From contig JACKAO010000004.1 of NCBI GenBank assembly GCA_020635035.1, positions 286,234-350,233 on the forward strand: a DNA stretch of 64,000 bases, written 5' to 3'. Positions 36,444 through 45,961 of this stretch are shown here, one piece after another. The stretch's first letter is position 1, and the number at the start of each line of letters is the position of its first letter. The stretch comes from Calditrichia bacterium. GTDB taxonomy: Bacteria > Calditrichota > Calditrichia > Calditrichales > J004. The notes beneath the pieces are model-generated. The model was not told where the DNA came from. It searched no databases and saw only the letters and a program-made list of their open reading frames with translations. The position numbers were made by a program, and so were the translations under genes.

Positions 36444-37991
36444 ATGCACAAGAAAAGTTTAGTAGTATTTTTCTTTTTACTATCATTTAAATTGGTTGCC
36501 CAACCAATAGGCTCCTGGACTTACATTGATGAATACCAAACTTGGGATGCAAATCCCAGAATTATTCCTTCTACGGACCCTGCAGGTATTTGCTGGAATC
36601 CTGACGATGGTAAATTTTATATTGTTGATTCTGAAATAAATGAAGATACAGGCAATAATAGCCCATGGGATCTTTTTGGTAGCAATGTTTTTACTACAAA
36701 TGGCAGTGGTTCAATTCTTTATGGAAGTTATCATACTACAATTAGCACGTCATCAAGAGAACCAACAGGTATCGTATATAATCCACAGGATCAAAGTTAT
36801 TATATAACAAATGACGACACACATGCTTTGTATAGATATACATTTGTGATGGGGGTTTTTACAAGACAAGACACATGGATTTTGGATAATGATGGACCAC
36901 TTCCAAATATGGATGATCCTGAAGGGATAACATTGAATCCATTTACGCAACATTTTTATATAGTTGATGGGAATCACGTGAGCGGTGGTACTAAAGTAAT
37001 TGCTTTTGAAATTGGGGTATCTAATAATTTGATATACATTCCAGAAGAATCATTTGATCTACCTGCTGAAATGACGGATGGAGAAGGTATTGCTTATAGA
37101 TTTAGCAGTGGTGCAAATGGTAATCTGTTTGTTGTTAGCAGTAGTAATGAAGCAATATACGAATTCGATTTAGGAGGTAGCGGGACTATAATTAATAAAT
37201 ATGATATGTCCGGGTTAAACTCTATAGCAATTCAAGGGTTAACTTTTGGCCCAAGAAGTACCAATAGCTCTCTTGAATCATTATACATTGCTGATGCGGA
37301 ACTTGATAACAATGACACCAATAATTGGGAAGATGGAAGAATTTATGAAATAAAAATTGGTTTAAATGATACATCTCTGCCTATTGAATTAAGCAGTTTT
37401 GCAGCAGAAGTTGTTGATAATGCCGTTAATCTAAACTGGGTTACGGCCAGTGAGCTTAATAATGTTGGATTTGAACTTCACAGGGCAACAGAAGAATTTG
37501 GTGATTATCAACTTGTTTCCAGTTACAGATATAATAATGATTTGGTTGGGCAAATAAATTCTAACACTTCACACGAATACAGCTTTATTGATACAGAAAT
37601 AGAGCCAAACACAACATATTGGTATAAACTTGCTGATGTTGATATAAATGGATTAAAAACCTTCCAAAGTCCTGTTTCCATATTTGTACCTGAATTTTCA
37701 GTTCAGCCAGTAGCATTTAAGCTTTATCAGAATTATCCCAATCCATTCAACCCAAGTACGACAATTAAATTTGATCTCAATGGGGATACTTATGTAAATC
37801 TCGAAATTTTTAATAGTGCAGGCCAGTTAGTTAAAACGCTTATTAACGATGAACTATTTAATTCGGGATCACATGAAAAAGTTTGGAATGGTGATAATAA
37901 CTTCGGTGAGCACATGCCTGCAGGTTTTTATATTGCGAGAATTACAGCAAATTCTAATACACAAACTATTCGAATGATTATGTTGAAATAA
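36444..37991 (+). CDS. Secreted beta-propeller-like protein (SdiA-regulated/YjiK-like repeats) with a T9SS C-terminal sorting domain
   Basis: Signal peptide at ATG 36444. Repeated P-x-G-I-x-x-N/P...YIVD blades (DPAGICWNPDDGKFYIVD, EPTGIVYNPQDQSYYITND, DPEGITLNPFTQHFYIVDG). T9SS CTD at the end. Confidence 0.7.
   Translation: MHKKSLVVFFFLLSFKLVAQPIGSWTYIDEYQTWDANPRIIPSTDPAGICWNPDDGKFYIVDSEINEDTGNNSPWDLFGSNVFTTNGSGSILYGSYHTTISTSSREPTGIVYNPQDQSYYITNDDTHALYRYTFVMGVFTRQDTWILDNDGPLPNMDDPEGITLNPFTQHFYIVDGNHVSGGTKVIAFEIGVSNNLIYIPEESFDLPAEMTDGEGIAYRFSSGANGNLFVVSSSNEAIYEFDLGGSGTIINKYDMSGLNSIAIQGLTFGPRSTNSSLESLYIADAELDNNDTNNWEDGRIYEIKIGLNDTSLPIELSSFAAEVVDNAVNLNWVTASELNNVGFELHRATEEFGDYQLVSSYRYNNDLVGQINSNTSHEYSFIDTEIEPNTTYWYKLADVDINGLKTFQSPVSIFVPEFSVQPVAFKLYQNYPNPFNPSTTIKFDLNGDTYVNLEIFNSAGQLVKTLINDELFNSGSHEKVWNGDNNFGEHMPAGFYIARITANSNTQTIRMIMLK
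37710..37988 (+). other. T9SS (Por) C-terminal sorting domain
   Basis: YQNYPNPFNPSTTIKFDL...AGFYIARITANSNTQTIRMIMLK. Confidence 0.75.
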
Positions 37992-38000
37992 CTAGTTGAA

Positions 38001-39323
38001 TTATTTCTTTATTTGGAGATTACGGGGTGCTGAAATAATTTTGCCTTCAGTAAACTCATATGCTCCAATATCATATAATTTTTGTTGTGGCCTTGATGTA
38101 CCATTAATATCAGTGGTAACTCCTACAGTAGACAAATTTGCTCCTGCATCAATGGCAGGAGAATTTTGCATGATTTTGCCATTTTCTGTTAATAATGGAT
38201 TTGCATTTATACCATGAATATCTCCTCCTTTGGATTGCCATTCACTAAAACTCATTGTTCCACCATTTTCAGGAGCATAAATCACATCGTTTCCTGTCTC
38301 TGTTTCACGATAATAGAGATTGTAATCTATATTGCTCAGATCGTTAATTTTAAGATAAAACCTGACATGTGCATGGGGGCCAGTGGTTACAAAAATATTG
38401 TTTTTTACAACGGTCTGGGGATCATCATTAATAAAAACATTCTTATCACCTCCAACAATAGTATTATTATATGCTCTAAGCGTACCTGATCCAATATCAA
38501 AGTTTTGAAATGCTACGACATTACTATTACCGGTATTGGGGACAATCACAACATTATTGTAGTAAACATGAAGGCCAGCTCCTTCTTTATCAAAGATACC
38601 TTGGGAGTTTTCCGTTTTATCATTGATTTGCTCTAAGTAGTTATTACGTATTATACAACTGTTTTCCTGTTGTAGCTGAATGCAATCACAATGGGGATAT
38701 GAATCCTGATTTAAAATGATAATATTATTATTTTCATAAACATTGTCAGTGTTTTGCGAAGCATAGATTCCATCTGTTTGTGTGGGTGTGTTTTCGTGAG
38801 TTGTTAGCACATTTTCTCTTATAATACAATTAAAACTATTATAGATTTTTACACATGATCCATATCCAAGGATTTTGTTTTTTTCAATAACAGAGCCAAT
38901 TGAATTTTCAACTCTAATGCTCCCTCCCCCTGTGAATCGTCTTATTTCAAAATTTGATATTTTAAGAAAATTTTTGTCTTCAATGTGGAATGCGGTAGTT
39001 TTTTCATTGTTAAGCCCTTCAATTATAACCCTTCCGTTATGTCCGGGATCGATTCCTTTTGTTATCGTAACAAGATTTGATTCAACCCCAGAAGCGCCAA
39101 TTTCCATAAAATCTGTATAAATCACTGAATCAGTGCCTCCGGATACAAAAATTGTATCACCTGGTTTTATGGAATCCCAATTTATGTTTTGAAAATTTTC
39201 CCAAGCATCTGACCACGAACTACCATTGTCACTTCCACTTGCATTCTTATCTATATAAAAATTTCCTGCATTTAATCTAAAAGCAAGTGTAAAAAAAATA
39301 AGTATTAAAAATCTTTTATACAT
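38001..39323 (-). CDS. Secreted right-handed parallel beta-helix repeat protein
   Basis: Signal peptide and an N-terminal FYIDKNASGSDNGSSWSDAW...PGDTIFVSGG motif, followed by repeated N-x-I/V beta-helix rungs. Confidence 0.7.
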   Translation of the reverse strand: MYKRFLILIFFTLAFRLNAGNFYIDKNASGSDNGSSWSDAWENFQNINWDSIKPGDTIFVSGGTDSVIYTDFMEIGASGVESNLVTITKGIDPGHNGRVIIEGLNNEKTTAFHIEDKNFLKISNFEIRRFTGGGSIRVENSIGSVIEKNKILGYGSCVKIYNSFNCIIRENVLTTHENTPTQTDGIYASQNTDNVYENNNIIILNQDSYPHCDCIQLQQENSCIIRNNYLEQINDKTENSQGIFDKEGAGLHVYYNNVVIVPNTGNSNVVAFQNFDIGSGTLRAYNNTIVGGDKNVFINDDPQTVVKNNIFVTTGPHAHVRFYLKINDLSNIDYNLYYRETETGNDVIYAPENGGTMSFSEWQSKGGDIHGINANPLLTENGKIMQNSPAIDAGANLSTVGVTTDINGTSRPQQKLYDIGAYEFTEGKIISAPRNLQIKK

Positions 39324-39725
39324 TTTGTCTCCTGATAATCAATATAATTAATGAAAAGTGGTGGGATCTTTTAAAACATAAAAAATATATATAAATAAAT
39401 GATTATGAATTATGAACAAAAGGTTTCCAAATTTTCTAAACGTTCTTTTAAACAACAAGTTTAATGCCAAAAGATATTGCATTATTTCTATACATTGATA
39501 ATTGTATTAAAAAGTTTAAAATGTTTTTAATGTATAGATTAGCATACTACAAATTGCCCATCTTTTGGTAAAAATATGCACAAGAATCAGAGTGATTGAA
39601 GAGTTACAATTTTAAAGCTCAATACTTTTTAATCTTCATTGAATTGTGTTACAAAAAGAATTAAAATTATTTTCAAATAATCTACAAATTGTTTTCTGAA
39701 GAGAATTTTAAAACAATTATTGATC

Positions 39726-41387
39726 ATGCAATCTAAATCTTTTAAAACCGCCCTCAATATTTTCATAATAGTCTTTGCTTTTTTTGCAGGATTTTCTTTG
39801 AATAACTCTGATTTTTCTGTTAAGGACATTGCTTCTGCAGCAAAAATAATCGGTCTGGAATATACTCCTGCAGAAATGGATTCCATGCAAAGTGAATTAA
39901 AAGACAACCTTGGTTCTTATCAAAAAATCCGCTCATCTGAAATTCCAAATTCTATTTTACCGGCTTTAAGTTTTAATCCACTACCGGTTGGAATTAAAAT
40001 TTCAAATCAGAATCAACCATCCGTGTTCACTGAATCAGAAAACAAAATCTTACCTGAAAACACTGCAGAACTCGCTTTTTATTCTGTTGGTGACCTTGCT
40101 CAACTGCTAAAATCACAGAAGATTTCTTCAGTTGAATTAACAAAAATGTATCTTGATCGGCTAAAAGAGTTTGGTCCCAAACTTGAATGTGTTGTTACCC
40201 TTACCGAAGAACTGGCGCTGAAACAGGCAAAGAAAGCAGATGAAGAAATCAGATCCGGCAAGTATCGCGGACTGCTGCATGGTATTCCGTATGGCGCTAA
40301 AGATTTACTCGCGGTTAAAGGCTACAAAACAACCTGGGGAGCCGTTCCATACAAAAACCAGGTGATCGATGAAGATGCGACGGTGATAAAAAAGCTTGAA
40401 GAAGCAGGGGCTGTTCTTGTTGCTAAACTCACTCTTGGGGCTTTAGCCTGGGGTGATGTCTGGTTTGGTGGGAAAACGCGTAACCCCTGGAACCTTGAGC
40501 AAGGATCGAGCGGTTCATCCGCAGGTTCTGCTTCGGCAACGGCAGCCGGTTTGGTGGCTTTTGCAATCGGAACAGAAACATGGGGCTCAATTGTTTCACC
40601 ATCCACCCGCTGCGGTACAACAGGATTGCGCCCGACCTATGGTCGCGTAAGCCGTCATGGTGCCATGGCTTTAAGCTGGTCAATGGACAAGATCGGACCT
40701 ATTTGCCGGACTGTGGAAGACTGTGCGATTGTGTTTGATGCCATCTATGGCAGGGATGATCTTGATCAAACGCTAATTGAAACTGCATTTGGATACAATC
40801 CGGATATTAATATTAATAATCTTAAAATCGGATATGTTAAAAGCGATTTTGACCATGACTATCCCGGCAAAGAAAACGATCTTGAAACTCTTGAAAAAAT
40901 AAAAAACATGGGGATCGAACTTATTCCAGTAAAATTACCTGATATGGATGTTAATGCACTTGGCTTTATTCTGAGTGCAGAAGCTGCAGCTGCATTTGAT
41001 GATCTGACACGTTCGGGAAAAGATGATTTAATGGTTCGGCAAATAAAAAATGCCTGGCCCAATGTTTTTCGTGCATCCAGATTTATACCTGCCGTGGAAT
41101 ATATACAGGCAAATCGTTTAAGATATAAGTTGATTCAGGAAATGGCTACTTTGATGGAAACGGTTGATATTTATATTACGCCATCTTTGGAAGGAGATAA
41201 CCTGTTGCTCACAAATCTGACGGGCCACCCTTGTGTTGTATTGCCCAATGGATTCAATGATAAGGATTGTCCTGTAAGTATAACGTTTACCGGAAAACTT
41301 TTCGACGAAGCAAAATTGCTGGCATTTGCAAAAATATACCAGGATGCTACAGATTTTCACCTAAAACATCCGCCAATCTTTCAATAA
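39726..41387 (+). CDS. Amidase-signature family amidase, exported
   Basis: Signal/TM at the N-terminus. AS motif GSSGSSAGSASATAAG with the upstream catalytic-Lys context (YGAKDL). Confidence 0.85.
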   Translation: MQSKSFKTALNIFIIVFAFFAGFSLNNSDFSVKDIASAAKIIGLEYTPAEMDSMQSELKDNLGSYQKIRSSEIPNSILPALSFNPLPVGIKISNQNQPSVFTESENKILPENTAELAFYSVGDLAQLLKSQKISSVELTKMYLDRLKEFGPKLECVVTLTEELALKQAKKADEEIRSGKYRGLLHGIPYGAKDLLAVKGYKTTWGAVPYKNQVIDEDATVIKKLEEAGAVLVAKLTLGALAWGDVWFGGKTRNPWNLEQGSSGSSAGSASATAAGLVAFAIGTETWGSIVSPSTRCGTTGLRPTYGRVSRHGAMALSWSMDKIGPICRTVEDCAIVFDAIYGRDDLDQTLIETAFGYNPDININNLKIGYVKSDFDHDYPGKENDLETLEKIKNMGIELIPVKLPDMDVNALGFILSAEAAAAFDDLTRSGKDDLMVRQIKNAWPNVFRASRFIPAVEYIQANRLRYKLIQEMATLMETVDIYITPSLEGDNLLLTNLTGHPCVVLPNGFNDKDCPVSITFTGKLFDEAKLLAFAKIYQDATDFHLKHPPIFQ

Positions 41388-41410
41388 TATCATCCAAGAA
41401 CGTTTGTTAT

Positions 41411-41878
41411 ATGTATACTCTTGAGACTTCGCAGGTAGTTAATACAACTATGGGAAATGCCTGGGATTTTATAAGTTCTCCCCGCAATTTAGATAAAATT
41501 ACGCCTGAAAATCTAAGCTTCAGTATAATTTCAAATGTGCCTGATGAAATGTATAATGGGCTGATTATTGAGTATAAGATTAAGATTCCGCTGATAGGAA
41601 AGCAAACATGGATCTCAGAAATAAAGCATATCCGGCCGGGTGTTTCTTTTGTTGATGAACAAAGACAAGGGCCGTATAAATTCTGGTACCATTATCATGA
41701 AATTCGAAAAGTTGAAAACGGCGTTTTGCTGATTGACCGTATAAATTATGAACTGCCTTTTCCTCCAATAGGAAGAGCAGTGCATTTGCTTTTTGTAAAG
41801 AATACTTTAAATAAGATATTTGAGTTTAGAAAGAAAAAATTTGATGAACTCCTTAACGGGAAGAGTTCATCAATGTAA
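41411..41878 (+). CDS. SRPBCC-superfamily ligand-binding domain protein
   Basis: About 155 aa with a pattern typical of COG4276-type SRPBCC proteins (AWDFISSPRNLDKITP...FVDEQRQGPYKFWYHYHEF-like). The start is moved to ATG 41411 to remove the overlap with the amidase. Confidence 0.6.
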   Translation: MYTLETSQVVNTTMGNAWDFISSPRNLDKITPENLSFSIISNVPDEMYNGLIIEYKIKIPLIGKQTWISEIKHIRPGVSFVDEQRQGPYKFWYHYHEIRKVENGVLLIDRINYELPFPPIGRAVHLLFVKNTLNKIFEFRKKKFDELLNGKSSSM

Positions 41879-41886
41879 AATCTGTT

Positions 41887-42951
41887 TCAACGTTTAACCA
41901 TATCTATCAAAGCTTCCAGTGCCCGATCGTCTCCTGATTCACCCAGCCAGAAGATTGCTTTCTTCCTGACTTTTGGATTGGGATGTTCTTTAGCCACTTT
42001 AATCAGTTTTTCTATCCCCTGACCTTTGTCAAGCTGTGATAAAGCAAAAACTGCTTTTTCCTGCAAATCAGTTTCATTCTCATCAAAAATGATATCTGAA
42101 AGAGTACTTTCCGCTTTTTTCCCTGCCAGTTGCCCCAGCCAAAAAATAGCTTTCTCTCTTACTTCATGGCTCTGCGCATTTTTTGCCAGGTCAATTATTG
42201 TATCCGTGGATTCATCAGATTTAATGTTATACAAAGCAAACACCGCTTTTTCTGCTACATTCTCGTCCTTGTCATTCAGAGCAATCCCTTTTAGAAAAGG
42301 TAATGCCTTTGGATTATCCAATTCGGCAATCCAGAAAACAGCATCTTCTCTTAACTCAGAAGAATTGTTGTTTTCAATAATTTGTTTTAAAAAGGTGTAA
42401 CTTTCAGGTGCGGATTTATGAAGTCCTGCTGCTGTGATGAAGTCTTTTTTTAAATCATCGGAATCTGTCTGTCCATACAGCTGTTGCACAAGGTTGATGC
42501 TCTCCGTCTCATTGGAGTGGCCAAGCCAGATAACATTCCTGTTTGCAAGGTCATAATGCACATCAATAGTGCTCATATCGACATCAATGACTGTTTCAGA
42601 CTTCATAATAAATATCATTGCCAGTTCTTTCATTACATTTTTATCTGAATGGCTGTCTTTCCCTTTCAGTGTTTCAAGATAGTTTACCGGTAGTTCCGGA
42701 TATAAATATTCCCCCAGTTTTTTTCTTCCCTCCCACTCGCTGTTAAAATGACCGATATAAGAGTTTTCCGGCATCATTCTCTCAAATGTGTAAATAATCA
42801 GATATTCGGAAGGGCTGTTTTTCTGTGTTTTAATGGCATCAGACCATCGTTGTTGCAGGTTCTGTTCTTTTGTTCCTGATGGGATTATTTCCTGTGCTGA
42901 AAGAAACGTATAACAAAAGATGACTATTAAGATTTTTGCTGATGTTTTCAT
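41887..42951 (-). CDS. Exported HEAT-repeat protein
   Basis: Signal peptide. The C-terminal half has five HEAT-like units with an alternating core (AVFWIAE, AVFALYN, AIFWLGQ, AVFALSQ, AIFWLGE). Confidence 0.7.
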   Translation of the reverse strand: MKTSAKILIVIFCYTFLSAQEIIPSGTKEQNLQQRWSDAIKTQKNSPSEYLIIYTFERMMPENSYIGHFNSEWEGRKKLGEYLYPELPVNYLETLKGKDSHSDKNVMKELAMIFIMKSETVIDVDMSTIDVHYDLANRNVIWLGHSNETESINLVQQLYGQTDSDDLKKDFITAAGLHKSAPESYTFLKQIIENNNSSELREDAVFWIAELDNPKALPFLKGIALNDKDENVAEKAVFALYNIKSDESTDTIIDLAKNAQSHEVREKAIFWLGQLAGKKAESTLSDIIFDENETDLQEKAVFALSQLDKGQGIEKLIKVAKEHPNPKVRKKAIFWLGESGDDRALEALIDMVKR

Positions 42952-42994
42952 GATATCTCCATCTCATCATTATTTTAGATGTTTAACTATTCCT

Positions 42995-44467
42995 TTATTT
43001 GGGCTGATTAAATAAAATATCTTCCAAAGCCTTTACGGCTTCATCCGCGCCGCTTTGGCCAAGCCAGAATATTGCTTTCTTACGAATTGCAATATTTTTA
43101 TGGTTTTTGGCGATATCGATTAAATCCTTTATTCCCGCATCATTGTCCATTTCATAGAGAGAAAACACGGCTTTTTCCTGTACTTTTTGTTCATTGTCGG
43201 TCAAAGCAATCTCTTTTAATTTTTTTAGTATTTCAGTGTTTGTTTCAAGCTGTGAGAGCCAGAAGACTGCTTCACTGCGTAAATCAGCATCTGTATGCTT
43301 TTCTGCAATTTCGATTAATCTTTTTTGAGCAACATTTTGCGGCAGCTGGGATATTGCAAAAATTGCTTTTTTACGAACCTTATATTCGGGGTCGTTGTTT
43401 GCAGCATAACTGATTGCAGCATAATGTTTTTCAGATCGGGCATTTTGCGAGAGCCAGAATAATGCATTTGAACGCAATTCAATATCCTGGAGATCTTTTG
43501 AAAGGCTGATCAGCAGATCCATAGCTTCTTCGTTATCTACCTGTGATATGGCAAAAATGGCTTTTTTCCTTACATTGAAATCTTTATCGTTGATAGCATA
43601 TTCTTTAAGTTTCTTCAAAGCTTCTGTTTTATTTTTTGCATTCTCTCCAATCCAGAAAACAGCATTCTCTCGTAGTTCACTGTTTTTATGATTCTCAGCA
43701 ATTTCATACAGGTATTGCATGCCTGTATCATCTGCCATTTCACTCAGTGAAAAGAGTGCTTTCTTCTGAACTTTTTCATCCGGATCGTTTAAAGCACGGT
43801 CTTTTATGAATTCGGCAGTATTTTTATCTGTTCTGTTCTGTGCCAGCCAAAACAGGGCATCTGCGCGCATCTCAACCTGGTTGTCAGATTTTGCAATACT
43901 GATCAGTTTTTCCCGGGCCTGATTGTCTTCAAAACTTCCAATGATGTAAACCATCTTTTTGCGGATATTTTCGTTTTTTGTGCTGTCAAAAATCTTAAGA
44001 ACGGCTTCCAGCGCTTTTTCATCGCCGCGCGATTGAAGGGCATGCAAAACAGCAAGAGATACTTCATCGGACTCTTTGTTTTCAATCATTTTAAGACGTT
44101 CGCGGTAAACCGGTTTATCCTGTTTGTCCAGCTCTTCTGCCAAGCGTACCATATTCTGCATAGCATCATCATGCCATTTCGATTCCGGATATTTTTCAAT
44201 GAACCGGCTGTAACAATCAAAGGAAGCTTCTAAGTTTTGTTCGGATTTTTCAATCGAATAGCACAGCCAGAATTGTGCATCATCTGCCCATGAACTGGAC
44301 GCATATTTACTGAGCAATTCATTAAAGATATCCGATGCTTTGGCCCAGTCTTTCTCAAGAACAAGTTTATAACCTTTTTCGTAAAGCTCATTGGCTTTTT
44401 CATCCGGGCTTACAGCCGCACAGAGAAACCCTGAGAGTAACAGTGCTAATAGAATAACTTTTTTCAT
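42995..44467 (-). CDS. Exported TPR (BamD/YbgF-like) plus HEAT-repeat protein
   Basis: Signal peptide at ATG 44467. N-terminal TPR-like region (ANELYEKGYKL...AQFWLCYS...YPESKWHDDA), then nine alternating HEAT-like units (ALFWLAQ / ALFSLSE / AVFWIGE / AIFAISQ ...). Confidence 0.7.
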   Translation of the reverse strand: MKKVILLALLLSGFLCAAVSPDEKANELYEKGYKLVLEKDWAKASDIFNELLSKYASSSWADDAQFWLCYSIEKSEQNLEASFDCYSRFIEKYPESKWHDDAMQNMVRLAEELDKQDKPVYRERLKMIENKESDEVSLAVLHALQSRGDEKALEAVLKIFDSTKNENIRKKMVYIIGSFEDNQAREKLISIAKSDNQVEMRADALFWLAQNRTDKNTAEFIKDRALNDPDEKVQKKALFSLSEMADDTGMQYLYEIAENHKNSELRENAVFWIGENAKNKTEALKKLKEYAINDKDFNVRKKAIFAISQVDNEEAMDLLISLSKDLQDIELRSNALFWLSQNARSEKHYAAISYAANNDPEYKVRKKAIFAISQLPQNVAQKRLIEIAEKHTDADLRSEAVFWLSQLETNTEILKKLKEIALTDNEQKVQEKAVFSLYEMDNDAGIKDLIDIAKNHKNIAIRKKAIFWLGQSGADEAVKALEDILFNQPK

Positions 44468-44480
44468 TATTTTTTCCTTT

Positions 44481-45254
44481 CTATGATTCTTCTCTTTTTT
44501 TACCGGTTGAATTTCCTTCCCGGTTTTCCATTCTTGCATCAAGAAGCATTTTCTCCATGTTAATCTTAAACATGATAGATTGCTCGTTGGCGCCATTCTT
44601 GATTATTTCAATTGAAGGCAGATCAAATTCATTTTCCAGGTTTGTTATCTGCATTAAAATCATCTCCAGATCTGATAATAAACTGATCACCCTTTTGTTT
44701 GGAGAATCTTTCAGCAATTGTTTAAGATCGGCCGTTTTCTTAAGCAGATCGCCTGAGATTTCCTTTTGAAAACTAAAATCAATTTTTCCGGCATCCGGAT
44801 TGTCAGAATCCAGATTTACAATTCCTAACAGCAGCACTTTTGAATCTTCAAGCAGATCAGCAGTTTCTCTGTTTAAAGCAATCTGCTGAATAGTATTGTT
44901 ATTTATCTGTTTGTTGTCGGCTGGCTTATCAAAAAGCAGGTAGCCAATAAAAATACCTGCTGCAATAAAGGCGGCAGCTTTGTAAATAACCGGCCAAACA
45001 ACCGCAGGCTTCTTATCCTGCCAGGTATTTAATTTTTGATCCAGTCGCTGATAGAAGGTTTCCCAATAATCTTCTCCCGGATCAGGAACTTTGTAATTAT
45101 GGGTAAGCTGCAAGGTTTTGTCCATTGAGTTAAACTTTTTTAAACAATCAGGATCATTTTCCAGCTCTTGCCGGATCCGTTCCTGTTCTTCTTTTGATAA
45201 TGCTTTAAAGCTTCCACTTGCCAGCAATTCCAGGTATTTGTTACAATTTTTCAT
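44481..45254 (-). CDS. Putative anti-sigma factor (single-pass membrane protein)
   Basis: ATGA-type 4-nt overlap with the ECF sigma gene. Short cytoplasmic N-domain, one TM (VWPVIYKAAAFIAAGIFIGYLLF), and a periplasmic C-domain. Confidence 0.6.
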   Translation of the reverse strand: MKNCNKYLELLASGSFKALSKEEQERIRQELENDPDCLKKFNSMDKTLQLTHNYKVPDPGEDYWETFYQRLDQKLNTWQDKKPAVVWPVIYKAAAFIAAGIFIGYLLFDKPADNKQINNNTIQQIALNRETADLLEDSKVLLLGIVNLDSDNPDAGKIDFSFQKEISGDLLKKTADLKQLLKDSPNKRVISLLSDLEMILMQITNLENEFDLPSIEIIKNGANEQSIMFKINMEKMLLDARMENREGNSTGKKREES

Positions 45255-45832
45255 TTTGCTTCCTCCAGCCCGAAGTCAGAACGATAAAAACTAAGTACCT
45301 GCTGCAACTTTTTAACACCCCTGAACAACAGGCTTTTAACCGTTCCTTCTGATGTTTCAATAATTTCGGCAATCTCCCGGATTGTGTGGTCTTCATAATG
45401 TCTTAAAATGAAGGCTGTTTTTTCGCGCGGAGATAATTGTTTCATTGCTTCATCCAAATGTTTTTTTATGAAATGTGATTCCAGGTTGTTATCTGCACCG
45501 GAATGTGTCAAAGCCGACTCTTCTGTCATATTCTGTGTATCATCTTTTACAGTCATAACAATCCGGTCAATTTTCTTTCTTTTGCTATCGATATGGCTGT
45601 TTACTGCAATTTTATACAGCCAGCTGATAATATTTGATTCCTGCCTGTAAAAGGCTATAGATTTAAAGAACTTAATAAAAACAACCTGGCTCAAGTCATC
45701 GGCATCATTGTGATTTCCGGTAAGACGGTAGGCAATCGTATACAGATGCTTTTTATGGTTCTCTACAAATTCCCTGAATGCATCACGTTCACCCAGTTTT
45801 ATGCGTCGAATTAGTTCCTGCTCGCTGTTCAT
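45251..45832 (-). CDS. ECF-type RNA polymerase sigma-70 family factor
   Basis: Region 2 (DADDLSQVVFIKFFKSI...SWLYKIAVN) and region 4 HTH (EKTAFILRHYEDHTIREIAEIIETSEGTVKSLLFRGVKKL). ATG 45832 is preferred over the TTG at 45856. Confidence 0.85.
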   Translation of the reverse strand: MNSEQELIRRIKLGERDAFREFVENHKKHLYTIAYRLTGNHNDADDLSQVVFIKFFKSIAFYRQESNIISWLYKIAVNSHIDSKRKKIDRIVMTVKDDTQNMTEESALTHSGADNNLESHFIKKHLDEAMKQLSPREKTAFILRHYEDHTIREIAEIIETSEGTVKSLLFRGVKKLQQVLSFYRSDFGLEEAK

Positions 45833-45863
45833 CGGTTCCTTTTTTTGGCCTTTCAAACAATAT

Positions 45864-45891
45864 GACGAGGGAATATAGCATTGGGTTTACA
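45864..45891 (-). promoter_or_regulatory. Candidate ECF-type autoregulated promoter
   Basis: The minus strand reads TGTAAAC-N17-CGTC (-35 AAC at 45885-45887, -10 CGTC at 45864-45867). This resembles the AAC-N16/17-CGT ECF consensus and sits about 30 nt upstream of the sigma start. Confidence 0.35.
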
Positions 45892-45961
45892 TTGTTTATA
45901 AATTTTAAAGAAAAATAAGTACATTTCGATCTTGTAAAAACAGATTCAAATCAGGAGTCAC

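Noticed and set aside
13723-39323. The glycan region as a mobile genomic island.
   Set aside because: No integrase, transposase, flanking tRNA or direct-repeat att-like boundary is visible. Only the compositional shift hints at horizontal exchange, so it is reported as a variable locus, not a mobile element.
39488-39537. A 9-bp inverted repeat (CTATACATT ... AATGTATAG) with a 32-nt loop in the 400-nt spacer between the beta-helix gene and the amidase gene.
   Set aside because: The stem is short and A/T-rich, the loop is long, and there is no flanking T-run or second copy. It is compatible with chance in this composition.
42995-44100. Periodic repetition in the HEAT genes that might be mistaken for a CRISPR or tandem DNA repeat array.
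   Set aside because: The repetition is at the protein level (about 65-70 aa units), is diverged at the DNA level, and lies in a continuous ORF. There are no short identical direct repeats with unique spacers, and no cas genes anywhere in the window.
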